Shown: positions 19,401 to 28,192, counted from the stretch's first letter. The stretch is DNA of 54,933 nucleotides from Candidatus Hermodarchaeota archaeon (GCA_048885525.1 JBHLLP010000023.1:1-54933), one strand, 5' to 3'. The notes: generated from the sequence alone by a model not told the origin. Program-made: numbers and translations.

Positions 19401-19668
19401 CTATCACATAAGGATCGGTATAAGTACCTGATCCATTACATATTCCTGCAATCTTAGTATCAGTCCAATTATTATCAATATGAATTTTTTCTGACAATGC
19501 TGCGATTTTTAAATTACTCTTTTCTGAAGTAAAATCATTGCAATAACCCAAATTTTCATTGCTATTTCCTGTAATAAGTATGAGATTAGATGTAATTATA
19601 GGTAAGAAAGCGAAAATGATTCCTATAATTATTAATACTATTATTCTAATTTCTCTAAAATTTCTCAT
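16489..19668 (-). CDS. Single-pass surface protein: beta-helix ectodomain, TM, acidic repeat linker, 7 WD40 repeats
   Basis: N-terminal hydrophobic segment; many NN.I..N...GI repeats; TM LPIIIGVVLVIVSIMIIAVLLTV followed by basic RSRSSK; Glu-rich repeats; seven GH...SGS.DKTIK.W repeats. Confidence 0.93.
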   Translation of the reverse strand: MRNFREIRIIVLIIIGIIFAFLPIITSNLILITGNSNENLGYCNDFTSEKSNLKIAALSEKIHIDNNWTDTKIAGICNGSGTYTDPYVIEDLIIDGGGTGSCILIENSNEYFKIENCTTYNSGISIFAGIQLYNVSNSQLLNNNCTDNRADGIRIDYCNNNTISGNYISECDSPNVRYSIHIRYSENNTIIGNTINNFDSGILLQNSDNNIIQANNASNTLGGVNLRYSNENNVSGNIVANNDDGITLQFSNNNYISDNTAEYSTFSGFQIDDDSNHNIILLNTLKNNGLNGIILVSGNNNNVSKNTLSSNNENGIFLWNGVDNIISENTITYNSENGIRLSNDDSNLILENIVEYNRRGIHLTNDNTNNNISGNRVRYNSITGIYIQDSYNNYILENIVNHNYGDGIFIISSNNNLISGNDVNFNSIDGISLQNSYNNDLLQNTANDNNQWGISFDNSNYNNVVDNIVTLNDLGGIYLVDSRSNFISENYINNNVMNGLKLLKSDSNTISLNIISNTYRGIYLEFCVFNSIMTNTFTNNEYGIYLYKGHSNQVSNNAFIGNMEDIVDLQESEGGGGINLPIIIGVVLVIVSIMIIAVLLTVRSRSSKPRGFSVEKKIILQEKEKKPEIDLGLIIPSETAKGEVLKEEEVIPSEEISMEEEIVEEEVVIPKEEIPLEEKVIEEEGLITQEEIPIEEEVIEEEAAIIPEEISMEEEVIEEEVVIPIEEMPLEEKVIEEEAIIAPEEISEEGEGLEEVLAKVSDISEPIVFIKTLEGHLMGVTSVAITPDMKFIVSGSKDRTIKIWDSFTGKLIRTISGHDKYITSLTVSRDGKYIISGSNDKTVKVWELLTGKLIHTLKGHNFYVLSVAISPDGNYAVSSSFDKDIKIWDLTKGELLKTLKGHTKEVGSVAISPDNKFIVSGSNDKTIKIWELKTGDNVRTILGNKKYINSVVFSSDGKYIISGSNDKSIKVWEMLTGNLVRTFKGHTLYVISVSVSPDDSYVVSGSFDKNIKVWDLKTGNLISTLNGHKKEVGSVVISRDNKYIISGSNDKTIKIWKYA
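17425..17730 (-). repeat. Intragenic 54-bp (18-aa) acidic tandem repeats with 162-bp higher-order period
   Basis: EEEIVEEEVVIPKEEIPL-like units (about 6); TTTTCCTCGAGGGG at 17471 and 17633. Confidence 0.85.
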
Positions 19669-19674
19669 ATTATG

Positions 19675-19763
19675 CTCACAAAACTAATAAAAGTTAAAAT
19701 ATCACTGTTTAATTGTTGCCTTCAATAATAAAAAAGTTTCTCTTCAATTTAGTAGTAAATTTA
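19675..19763 (-). promoter_or_regulatory. Conserved upstream block of beta-helix gene (copy B)
   Basis: 75/89 ungapped identity to 991..1079. Confidence 0.8.
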
Positions 19764-19824
19764 TCATAAATAGTGGTAAATTTATCATAAATAGTGGTAA
19801 ATTTATTATAAATAGTGGTAAATT
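19750..19824. repeat. 21-bp-period tandem repeat array B (4 units)
   Basis: TAGTRGTAAATT starts at 19750, 19771, 19792 and 19813. Confidence 0.95.
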
Positions 19825-19981
19825 ATTCAATAATAAATAAATATAAAGAAAATTAATTTAATTATTTATAAAACAATTATTTTGATTAGTATTTAATAAT
19901 ATTGTTGTTCATTTAGATCAATTCAAATGATCAGATATTTTTATAATAATTTTTTTATAAGTTTGATGAGGGGAATATTAT

Positions 19982-20665
19982 ATGGATGTTTTTAACATAA
20001 TTAAAATCATTACAGCAATATTAAATGTCATAATTGCGTTTACCGTGGGATTTAGAGTGTTATCTTTGAATCCACGAGATTTGTTAAATATATGGTTTAC
20101 TTTATTTTTTATTTCTTCTTCCCTCGGATTTTTAATCTACACAATTTATCATTTAATATTAAATAATCCCCAGATAATTATTCCCATCATGATAACAGCT
20201 CATATCTTTTTCAACTTTATCTTTATTTCCCTAATGATGACGGTTTTTATTTTAGAAAAATTCAAGAAGGTTGCTATGAGTCTGAAATACCTCGGATCAA
20301 TGATAGTATTATTCTTCATAATGAGTGTTGGATATTTTATCTGGAAACCAGAACTAGATATGGTTAGATATGCTCAAGATATTGTTGATACAAACACACC
20401 TATTGAATGGCATATTTTCATAACTCTTGTTAGAATAGCTTTATCTATTTTTGTAGTATATAAGTATGCTTTAATAACTAAAAAAGTTGAAGAACAAACT
20501 AGAAAGAAAGTACAATGGTTTTTTATAGGCATAATATTCGCCATTATTGGTATGTTCGTCAATTTAATTGGAGGGTTTCTCAGATCAATTATAATCGAGA
20601 TTTTAGCATTAATTATAATTGATGTAGGAACACTTTCGATATTTAGAGGGTTTTTACTCAAATAA
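19982..20665 (+). CDS. Stand-alone 7TM protein resembling HisKA_7TM sensor domains
   Basis: Seven hydrophobic helices; NPRDLLNIWF after TM1 and RKKVQWFFIG before TM6; no kinase domain. Confidence 0.75.
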   Translation: MDVFNIIKIITAILNVIIAFTVGFRVLSLNPRDLLNIWFTLFFISSSLGFLIYTIYHLILNNPQIIIPIMITAHIFFNFIFISLMMTVFILEKFKKVAMSLKYLGSMIVLFFIMSVGYFIWKPELDMVRYAQDIVDTNTPIEWHIFITLVRIALSIFVVYKYALITKKVEEQTRKKVQWFFIGIIFAIIGMFVNLIGGFLRSIIIEILALIIIDVGTLSIFRGFLLK

Positions 20666-20739
20666 AATGCTAAGAAAATGAAATTTAATTGCTGAACTAA
20701 GATAAATGTTTAAACAATACCAAGATGGCCATAACTAAT

Positions 20740-21198
20740 TTAAGCTATTACTTCTTTCTTGTATATACCATTAAAAAATTCGATTTCACCTTTATTTAAT
20801 ATAAAAGAAACATCCATCTCCCACTTAATTTCATTGTCATTATACAATATAAGGGAACGGTTAATTTTGTAATCCCATAGTATTAAAATCTGTAATTTTG
20901 AGACATATTCCCCAATTTTAGCTGGTGTCCACACAGATTTTATAAGATACCATTGATTATTCACGCAATCTATTAAATTGTGTAATAATAATTCTCCTTT
21001 TGGCTCATCTGCAAAAGGCACAGATTTTAATGCATGCAAGAATATCCGAATTTCTAAGATCGGAATAAATCCCCTCTTTAATTTGTCGAGAATTTCCCTA
21101 ATCAAGGTTGATAAGCTTAAATTAAGAATTGAATAGGTAGCTTGGAAATCGACTATATTTTCAATACACACAATCTCCTGACAACTTATTTTTCTCAC
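20740..21198 (-). CDS. Hypothetical protein
   Basis: 152-aa ORF filling the space between two genes; no recognised motif. Confidence 0.6.
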   Translation of the reverse strand: MRKISCQEIVCIENIVDFQATYSILNLSLSTLIREILDKLKRGFIPILEIRIFLHALKSVPFADEPKGELLLHNLIDCVNNQWYLIKSVWTPAKIGEYVSKLQILILWDYKINRSLILYNDNEIKWEMDVSFILNKGEIEFFNGIYKKEVIA

Positions 21199-21448
21199 CT
21201 ATCTATAACGGTTTAAATAGAAATATTACTGTGCCTATTTAAAGAAAAAATTTTTCTTATATTCTTATACCAAGCTAATAATCAGAATTCTTCTATTAAA
21301 ATTAGGACAAAAGAGTAAATTTATAAGGGAAAAACGAATCTTGCCAAATAGCATATCAATTTTTCAAATTCCTTTGATTTAAACTATAGTTCAAAACCTA
21401 TTCCATTTAATGATTAATTTCAAAAAGATTTGAGTATAATGAATAAAT

Positions 21449-22567
21449 ATGGATCAAGAAAATTTAGATATTTATCGAAAATTACAACAACATCTTGATA
21501 AATTACCAATTGGATTCCCTGCTACTGAATCTGGTGTTGAGCTGCGACTTTTACAACATCTATTTACTCCTAAACAAGCAGAATTGGCAATGTGTTTAGG
21601 ATTCCAACCTCTTGTTTTAAAAAAAATTTTTAGAAAGGTCAAAAGTAGCGGAATAACAATGGAACAATTAGAACAAGAGTTAGATAAGATGGAACAAAAA
21701 GGGCTTATACATTTCGGTTCAACTAAAGAAGGAGATGAAATAATTAAATATTATGCAAACGCTCCATTAGTAATTGGTTTTTATGAATTTCAATTAAATC
21801 GTCTCACTAAAGATTTATATAATGACTTTATGCAGTATTTTGAAGAAGCATATATTCATGAGTTCAACAGAACAGGTATTCCTCAGGTGCGTACAATTCC
21901 CATAGAAGAAAGCATTACCTATGAGCAAAATATATCTACGTATGATGAGTTAAGAACGATGATTGAAAATATAGGAGAACCAATCTCAATTCAGGAATGT
22001 ATTTGTCGACAAGCAAAAGATCTCGTTGGAGATCCTTGTAAAAAGACAGATCTCCGGGAATCGTGTTTCGGCTTTCGGTCATTTGCAACGACATATATAG
22101 AAAAAGGATTAGGTAGAGAAATTTCTAAAGAAGAAGCACTAAAAGTTATAAAAAAAGCTGAAGAAGATGGCCTAGTTATACAACCGGGTAATCAAATCAG
22201 GCCAATGAGTATATGTACCTGCTGCGGATGTTGTTGTGGTATACTTGTTAACCAAAACAAATTACCAGAACCAGCCCAATTCTTTGCAACTAATTTCTAT
22301 GCTACTGTTGATGAAGATCTATGCGCAGCTTGTGGAATTTGTGAAGAGAGATGCAATATGGATGCGATACATGTTGAAGATAACATAGCTCATGTTGATA
22401 GGAAAAGATGTATAGGATGTGGTGTCTGTGTTCCTACTTGTACATCAGAAGCTATTCACCTTCACAAAAAAGAAGAGGAAATTATTCCTCCTAAAAATAC
22501 TAAAGAGACATATATGGCAATAATGGATAAAAAGGCAGAATTAGCGCGAGCTGAAAAAAATATTTAA
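21449..22567 (+). CDS. 4Fe-4S dicluster-binding protein with winged-helix-like N-terminus
   Basis: CICR, ICTCCGCCCG, CAACGICEERC and CIGCGVCVPTC. Confidence 0.9.
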   Translation: MDQENLDIYRKLQQHLDKLPIGFPATESGVELRLLQHLFTPKQAELAMCLGFQPLVLKKIFRKVKSSGITMEQLEQELDKMEQKGLIHFGSTKEGDEIIKYYANAPLVIGFYEFQLNRLTKDLYNDFMQYFEEAYIHEFNRTGIPQVRTIPIEESITYEQNISTYDELRTMIENIGEPISIQECICRQAKDLVGDPCKKTDLRESCFGFRSFATTYIEKGLGREISKEEALKVIKKAEEDGLVIQPGNQIRPMSICTCCGCCCGILVNQNKLPEPAQFFATNFYATVDEDLCAACGICEERCNMDAIHVEDNIAHVDRKRCIGCGVCVPTCTSEAIHLHKKEEEIIPPKNTKETYMAIMDKKAELARAEKNI

Positions 22568-22648
22568 CTTTTTCAATTTATTTCTTAATTTCTTATTTAA
22601 AACATCTAATTTCTCTTCAATTAGAAAATCTCTTTAAATGGACGAAAA

Positions 22649-23509
22649 ATGGAAACTCGTATTTTTGGAAAAACTGGAGTAAAAGTTAGTGTAATCACCA
22701 TGGGAGGATGTGGACTTGGTTATTTTGATCAAAATGAAGCTGATAAAGCTGTAAAACTTGCATTGGATCATGGCGTTAATATGATTGATGTTGCACCATC
22801 TTATGGGAATGCAGAAATTCAACTTAATCCTTGGGTTCGAAAATTTAGAGATAGAGTTTTTTTAGCAGTAAAAACGCTAAAAAGGAAAAAGAGAGGGGCT
22901 TTGAGAGAATTAAATCAATCGCTAGAAAAACTTGGCACAACCTATTTTGATTTATATCAATTCCATGCAGTATCATCTATAGATGAATTGAATCAAATCT
23001 TAGGAGATGGTGGTGCCATGGAAGCTTTTAAAGAAGCGAAAGAAACTGGGTTAATAAAATATATTGGTATTACGGTACATAACGATGTAAGATTACTCCA
23101 GAAGGCACTCGAATTATCAAATGATTTTGACACAGTTTTATTACCTGTTTATGTAGGAGCTCTTGTAAATCCTTCTCCAGAAAATGATTTTAAGAAGATT
23201 CTTCAAATTACACAAGAAAAAAATATCGGAGTCGTTGCTATAAAAGCTATTTCTAAAGGTCGATGGATAAGAGAACCTATCTATAGAACGTGGTATGAAC
23301 CGCTTGATAACCAAGAATTAGTCGAGCAAGCAGTGTGGTTTACATTATCTCAAGAAGGGGTTACAACATATTCTTTACCTTGCGATGTAAGACTCTGGGC
23401 TTTAGTTTTAAATGCTGCGATGAATTACAGAAAACTTAACGATGATGAACAGAATAAAATAATTAATATTGCAAAACAAAATAAATTTGAACCTTTATTT
23501 CCAGAATAA
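22649..23509 (+). CDS. Aldo/keto reductase
   Basis: FGKTGVKVS, IDVAPSYG, DLYQFH, GLIKYIG. Confidence 0.92.
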   Translation: METRIFGKTGVKVSVITMGGCGLGYFDQNEADKAVKLALDHGVNMIDVAPSYGNAEIQLNPWVRKFRDRVFLAVKTLKRKKRGALRELNQSLEKLGTTYFDLYQFHAVSSIDELNQILGDGGAMEAFKEAKETGLIKYIGITVHNDVRLLQKALELSNDFDTVLLPVYVGALVNPSPENDFKKILQITQEKNIGVVAIKAISKGRWIREPIYRTWYEPLDNQELVEQAVWFTLSQEGVTTYSLPCDVRLWALVLNAAMNYRKLNDDEQNKIINIAKQNKFEPLFPE

Positions 23510-23657
23510 TTTGAGTGTTTATGCCAATGAAAAACGTAAGTTCTCTTTAATAAAAAATGTATTTATATATATCCACAATAAATTTTATTTAATTTCCTAA
23601 AAATTAATGAATTAGAATTTTTAAAAACTTGATCTTCTTGATAAATCTATTTATAGG

Positions 23658-24194
23658 GTGTTTCTTATCTCAGAACAATTAAAATATAAATTATGTGTTT
23701 TTGGCGAACGTAGTGTTGGAAAAACATCTTTAACTCGAAGATTTGTTACAAAAACTTTTAAAGAAGACTTAAAAATGACAATAGGAACAGATATTACCAA
23801 AAAATCTTTTGAAGTTGATGGAAAGGAGGTTATGCTTCAAATTTGGGATTTTGCTGGTGAAGAAAAATATCAAATTCTTTTTCCTAGTTTCGTTAAAGGT
23901 GCAAATGGAGGTATATTCATGTATGATATAACTCAAGAGGGGAGTCTAAAGAACATTCAAAATTGGTTATCCTTTTTTAAAGATGATATGGGTATTCTAA
24001 CTGTTCCAATTATTATTGTTGGAGGTAAAATAGATCTTGAGAATTTAAGAACAGTAAATGTGGAACAAGCAATTGATTTAGCACAATTGCATAACTTAGA
24101 TGGATACTTTGAATGTTCATCAAAAACAGGTCAAAAAGTTGAGAAAGTTTTTGAAGCAATAGCAAAACTTATGATGAAGCATGGTGGGAAATAA
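23658..24194 (+). CDS. Ras/Rab-like small GTPase
   Basis: GERSVGKT, TIG, WDFAGEE, GGKID (variant G4), CSSKTG. Confidence 0.92.
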   Translation: MFLISEQLKYKLCVFGERSVGKTSLTRRFVTKTFKEDLKMTIGTDITKKSFEVDGKEVMLQIWDFAGEEKYQILFPSFVKGANGGIFMYDITQEGSLKNIQNWLSFFKDDMGILTVPIIIVGGKIDLENLRTVNVEQAIDLAQLHNLDGYFECSSKTGQKVEKVFEAIAKLMMKHGGK

Positions 24195-24285
24195 TACATC
24201 TTTTATTTTTCTTTAGCTAAAAAGAAATAATTAGAATTTAATAGCCTTGATAAGATTTAAATTCTCAATTATTATACATTTCTTT

Positions 24286-24579
24286 ATGCCAATATATATT
24301 CTAGCAACTAAACTTCAAAATCCCGATTTAGTAGAGAAAAGAAAAGAACAAGGAGAAAAATGGATAAACTTAGTTAGAGAAAAGGTTCCAAATATTAAAT
24401 GGATCGTACATTATGCAATATTGGGTCGATATGATTTTCTTGATATATTTGAAGTAAAAAATGAGCAAGAAGCAGCAAAAGTATCATTACTTTCTCGTTC
24501 TGCAGGAGCTACATTTGCAGAAAGTTGGACTGCTATTCCATATGCGGGATTTCTTGAATTAATAGAGGATTTGAAATAA
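24286..24579 (+). CDS. GYD domain protein
   Basis: From ATG at 24286: MPIYI...YAILGRYDFLDIFE...AAKVSL...ESWTA. Confidence 0.85.
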   Translation: MPIYILATKLQNPDLVEKRKEQGEKWINLVREKVPNIKWIVHYAILGRYDFLDIFEVKNEQEAAKVSLLSRSAGATFAESWTAIPYAGFLELIEDLK

Positions 24580-24681
24580 ATTAATACAATCTTTAAGGTA
24601 TAATTAAAGTTTATTAACTCTCATAAGAGAGTTTAGAAATTTTTAGCTGAGTTTAAATTGTTTTTTTAAAAGATAGTATTA

Positions 24682-24888
24682 ATGCTAGGATTAATGTATA
24701 AGATAAAAAAGCGAAAGTTCCAAAGAGATAAGGATTATTTTGCTTGGAGATATAGACATTGTAATTATTGTGAGAAGAATTTAAATATTTATAACAATGA
24801 AGAGATAGTTTGTGGTTTATGTGGAGAAACTTTTTGTAATTCTTGTATAAACCATCATCAGCAATATTGCTATAATTTATATGCTTAG
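24682..24888 (+). CDS. Small binuclear Zn-finger protein (AN1/B-box/FYVE-like spacing)
   Basis: C-x2-C-x13-C-x2-C-x4-C-x2-C-x2-HH-x3-C. Confidence 0.7.
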   Translation: MLGLMYKIKKRKFQRDKDYFAWRYRHCNYCEKNLNIYNNEEIVCGLCGETFCNSCINHHQQYCYNLYA

Positions 24889-25037
24889 CAAGCTTGTATG
24901 ACTCCATAAGGCAAGAGAAAATCTCATTTTTTCAGCACAATTTATGTCTAATATATCTCTTCAATAAAAATGGTGAATTAATAGCTTTATGAAATAAGTA
25001 GATTAGAGTTAAATTGAGTTTCAATGTTTCTATCTTA

Positions 25038-26213
25038 TCAATTTATAGTATTGATTTTTGATAGAAATTCTTTGTTAGGTAATGATTTGGACAAAAACAT
25101 ATCTACAACATGACTTTTGAACTCTGGATCCTTTTCTGCAAGCGCTAATAATTTATTTAAATTCTCTCCTCTATTTTCATAGAAAAATCTAATCATTGAA
25201 CGTTTGAATTTAAAGTTTCTAATCATCTTTTTGATTTCAAGATGAGATTTATATTTTTTTAAAATATTTTTAGAATAATCTTCTTGTTGTAAAGCGTTAA
25301 TTGCTACTTCTGCTGCTACTTTACCAGAGATAATTGATGTGTGAATTCCTTCACCACTTATAGGAGAGACAAAACCTCCTGTATCTCCGATAAGCATTAA
25401 ATTATCATCATATAGACTCTTCTCTAATACCCCTTCAGCAGGAAAAGGAAAAGCTCCTGTCCAGATAGTTTTATAATTTAAATCTGGAATATATTTTTTT
25501 ATGTGTTGATTTTTAAAAAATTCGTTATATAATTCCATCAAATTATAATTGAAATTATCTTCACCAAATGTTAATACTCCAATATTAAATCTCTTATTCC
25601 CTAATGGAAAGATCCATCCATAACCCTTGTAAGGTCGAAAATAAGTATAAATGAACTCTTCATTCAATTTATTATCACCCTCTAATATCGCACATTTTGC
25701 AATCCCGAGTTCTTCTGTTTTCCATTTTGATCTTAATCCTGATTTTGGTGCTAATTTAGAACTCATGCCATCAGCAATAATAAGTATTTTTCCATAATAT
25801 TCCTTGGTGCCTACTGGAGTTTTTGTTTTTATCCCAACTTTTTTTTTATTTTTTAATATAAAATCAATAGATAAATTTTTGTTAAAAAGTTCAGCTCCCT
25901 CATCAACAGCAACGTTTCTCATTAAATTATCAAGTTCTAATCGATCCAAAACCGTTCCATATTTTTGTCCCCTTATTCTATATTCTAATTTATGATAATC
26001 TGCCGAATGCATTACTATCCCTCGAATTCTTGGAAGATTATATCTTTTTAGCTTTGGTATTAAGTCAAAAGCTCTATAATGAAGACCTCCTCCACATGGT
26101 TTTCGCCAATTAATATCTTTTTCTAATATAGCAATTTTAAATCCTTCCTTGGCTAAAATTTCAGCACATTTTGATCCCGATGGACCTGCTCCTGATATTA
26201 CAACATCATACAT
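25038..26213 (-). CDS. Geranylgeranyl reductase family protein
   Basis: GAGPSGS, KPCGG, GYGWIFP, IGDTGGFVSPISGEG. Confidence 0.92.
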   Translation of the reverse strand: MYDVVISGAGPSGSKCAEILAKEGFKIAILEKDINWRKPCGGGLHYRAFDLIPKLKRYNLPRIRGIVMHSADYHKLEYRIRGQKYGTVLDRLELDNLMRNVAVDEGAELFNKNLSIDFILKNKKKVGIKTKTPVGTKEYYGKILIIADGMSSKLAPKSGLRSKWKTEELGIAKCAILEGDNKLNEEFIYTYFRPYKGYGWIFPLGNKRFNIGVLTFGEDNFNYNLMELYNEFFKNQHIKKYIPDLNYKTIWTGAFPFPAEGVLEKSLYDDNLMLIGDTGGFVSPISGEGIHTSIISGKVAAEVAINALQQEDYSKNILKKYKSHLEIKKMIRNFKFKRSMIRFFYENRGENLNKLLALAEKDPEFKSHVVDMFLSKSLPNKEFLSKINTIN

Positions 26214-26365
26214 AATTACATCTTAATATGATTAATTAATTTTTAAAAGTTTATCCTAATTGTTTTTACATAATTTTAATCTACTATTGAAAATCTCATT
26301 TTTACTTAAAAGGTTAAAAAATTAAAAGATTTTCGGAATATATTTTTGTTTTTATCTAATCCTAT

Positions 26366-26500
26366 TTAACAATCAGATTTTTGAATTTCGTAGAGATTGT
26401 CATTATCTTCAATCTCTTCATAGATTGGCAATATATGAATATGACCATGATAGATAATAAATCTATATTTGTCTCTATACAACTGATCAATTTCGGACAT
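26366..26500 (-). CDS. Putative 44-aa small protein (below the ORF-track cutoff)
   Basis: MSEIDQLYRDKYRFIIYHGHIHILPIYEEIEDNDNLYEIQKSDC*; ATG lies 7 nt after the stop of 26508..27224 on the same strand. Confidence 0.45.
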   Translation of the reverse strand: MSEIDQLYRDKYRFIIYHGHIHILPIYEEIEDNDNLYEIQKSDC

Positions 26501-26507
26501 GATAAAT

Positions 26508-27224
26508 TTAAGAAAGAATCTTATGTTTTTTAAGGATCCAACAATCTATATGGAAATTTTGAATCAAATTCTTTGTATTATCGAAGCTAGAATGAATCGT
26601 TGATTTAGGAATCCATACTTCTAATCCATTATCAAATTGGATAAGTAGGGCTTTATCAGTCTCCCCTCTTATGGATCCATTAATATTTATTACTTTATTA
26701 AGACTTTCATCATCCTCTCTTCTACTCTCTATTTTTTCATTATTATAGCCATCTGTGATAATTTCTTCTTGGATGATAATGCTGTTTACTATATCGGGAT
26801 TGCTTTTTTTAGAATTACTTAGTACAGTAGCGAATTCTATTTTTTCCTCTAATATATGCGTAAGAAGTTTTTGTAAAATCTTAAATTGCGCATATTCCAG
26901 CACCTTTGAATAAGAACCGATATGAATCCATAACTTAGCATTTTCTCCCTCCTCCCATTTGAATGAAATCTGAGTCTTATTATCCTTGAAAATATGATAA
27001 CTTGACCATGAATTTACCTCCTTGTTTAACAATCGAAGAATTAAAACCATCTCTTCTAAAGAGAATTTGATTATTTTACCTTCTCCGGTACTTGGTTTCT
27101 CCCATGAACCGTCATTTTTGCATTTAATTAGCCTAAAATAGATATGTGGCTCACTTTTTGAAGAGCTTTGAATAATCAAGCCTACTTTTTGACCAAAAAA
27201 ACTATAACTATGATTATCAACCAT
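26508..27224 (-). CDS. Two-domain hypothetical protein: Whirly/PC4-like N-terminus (tentative) plus ETDKA...WIPKS domain
   Basis: See findings; the C-terminus is paralogous to 8561..8794. Confidence 0.75.
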   Translation of the reverse strand: MVDNHSYSFFGQKVGLIIQSSSKSEPHIYFRLIKCKNDGSWEKPSTGEGKIIKFSLEEMVLILRLLNKEVNSWSSYHIFKDNKTQISFKWEEGENAKLWIHIGSYSKVLEYAQFKILQKLLTHILEEKIEFATVLSNSKKSNPDIVNSIIIQEEIITDGYNNEKIESRREDDESLNKVININGSIRGETDKALLIQFDNGLEVWIPKSTIHSSFDNTKNLIQNFHIDCWILKKHKILS

Positions 27225-27344
27225 ATATTTATCAACAATTGGATATTTTTAAAGAAAAACAGAGTATAAATTTAGTATTTTTGTCGAGAAATCAAAGAAA
27301 CTTTCTTCCAAAAATTTTTTTATTCATTTATATTCATTGTTTTT

Positions 27345-28184
27345 ATGGAAGCTGAGCATAATAAAATATCTGAAGAAAAAGTTGTACGTTCTACTCAACA
27401 ACCTAATACCATAACCTCATTAAAACATGATTTTGAAGTGGTTGGTATCAAACCTGGATCAATAGTTCTTTTGCATGTATCATTGAGTAAGATAGGATGG
27501 ACAGTAGGGGGTCCTGTTGCTGTCATAAAAGCGTTAATGCAAACTCTTACATCAGAAGGAACATTAATAATGCCAACTTTTTCAAGTGATAACACTGATC
27601 CATCTCACTGGGAAAATCCTCCAGTACCTGAAAGTTGGTGGCAGACAATTCGAAATGAAATGCCTGCTTATCATCCTGAAATAACACCAACTCGAGGGAC
27701 AGGAATAATAACAGAAGTATTTAGGAAATGGCCAAGTGTTGTTCGTAGCAATCATCCAGTATCATCTTTTGCAGCTTGGGGCAAACATGCCGAATATATT
27801 ACAAAGAATCATGAGTTAACGGCAGATCTAGGCGAAAATTCTCCATTAGCTAAAATTTACGAGCTTGATGGACAAATTTTGTTAGTAGGAGTTTCTCATG
27901 AAAATAATTCATCCCTTCATCTTGCAGAATATCGAAGTGAGTACCCAAATAAACAATATAGAACAAATTGGTCCGCCATGCTAATAGAAAATAAGAGACA
28001 ATGGGTAGAATGGGAGGAGCTTAACCTTAACATGGATGATTTTGATCAATTGGGGAGAGATTTCGAATTAAAACTTAACTATATTCCTGGTAAAGTGGGT
28101 TTAGCTGAATCACGATTAATATCTCAACGAGCAATCGTTGATTTTGCTATAGAGTGGTTTAAGAAAAATCGAAAAGATATTTAA
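27345..28184 (+). CDS. AAC(3)/YokD-family N-acetyltransferase
   Basis: LLHVSLSKIGW, GTLIMPTF, RSNHPVSSFAAWG, NSSLHLAE. Confidence 0.92.
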   Translation: MEAEHNKISEEKVVRSTQQPNTITSLKHDFEVVGIKPGSIVLLHVSLSKIGWTVGGPVAVIKALMQTLTSEGTLIMPTFSSDNTDPSHWENPPVPESWWQTIRNEMPAYHPEITPTRGTGIITEVFRKWPSVVRSNHPVSSFAAWGKHAEYITKNHELTADLGENSPLAKIYELDGQILLVGVSHENNSSLHLAEYRSEYPNKQYRTNWSAMLIENKRQWVEWEELNLNMDDFDQLGRDFELKLNYIPGKVGLAESRLISQRAIVDFAIEWFKKNRKDI

Positions 28185-28192
28185 TACTCTTG

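Noticed and set aside
19750-19824. CRISPR array (also 1066..1119)
   Set aside because: Units are head-to-tail with only a 3-nt variable position; there are no spacers and no cas genes in the window.
27345-28184. Bona fide aminoglycoside resistance gene
   Set aside because: The AAC(3)/YokD family includes many chromosomal enzymes of unknown substrate, and there is no mobile context.
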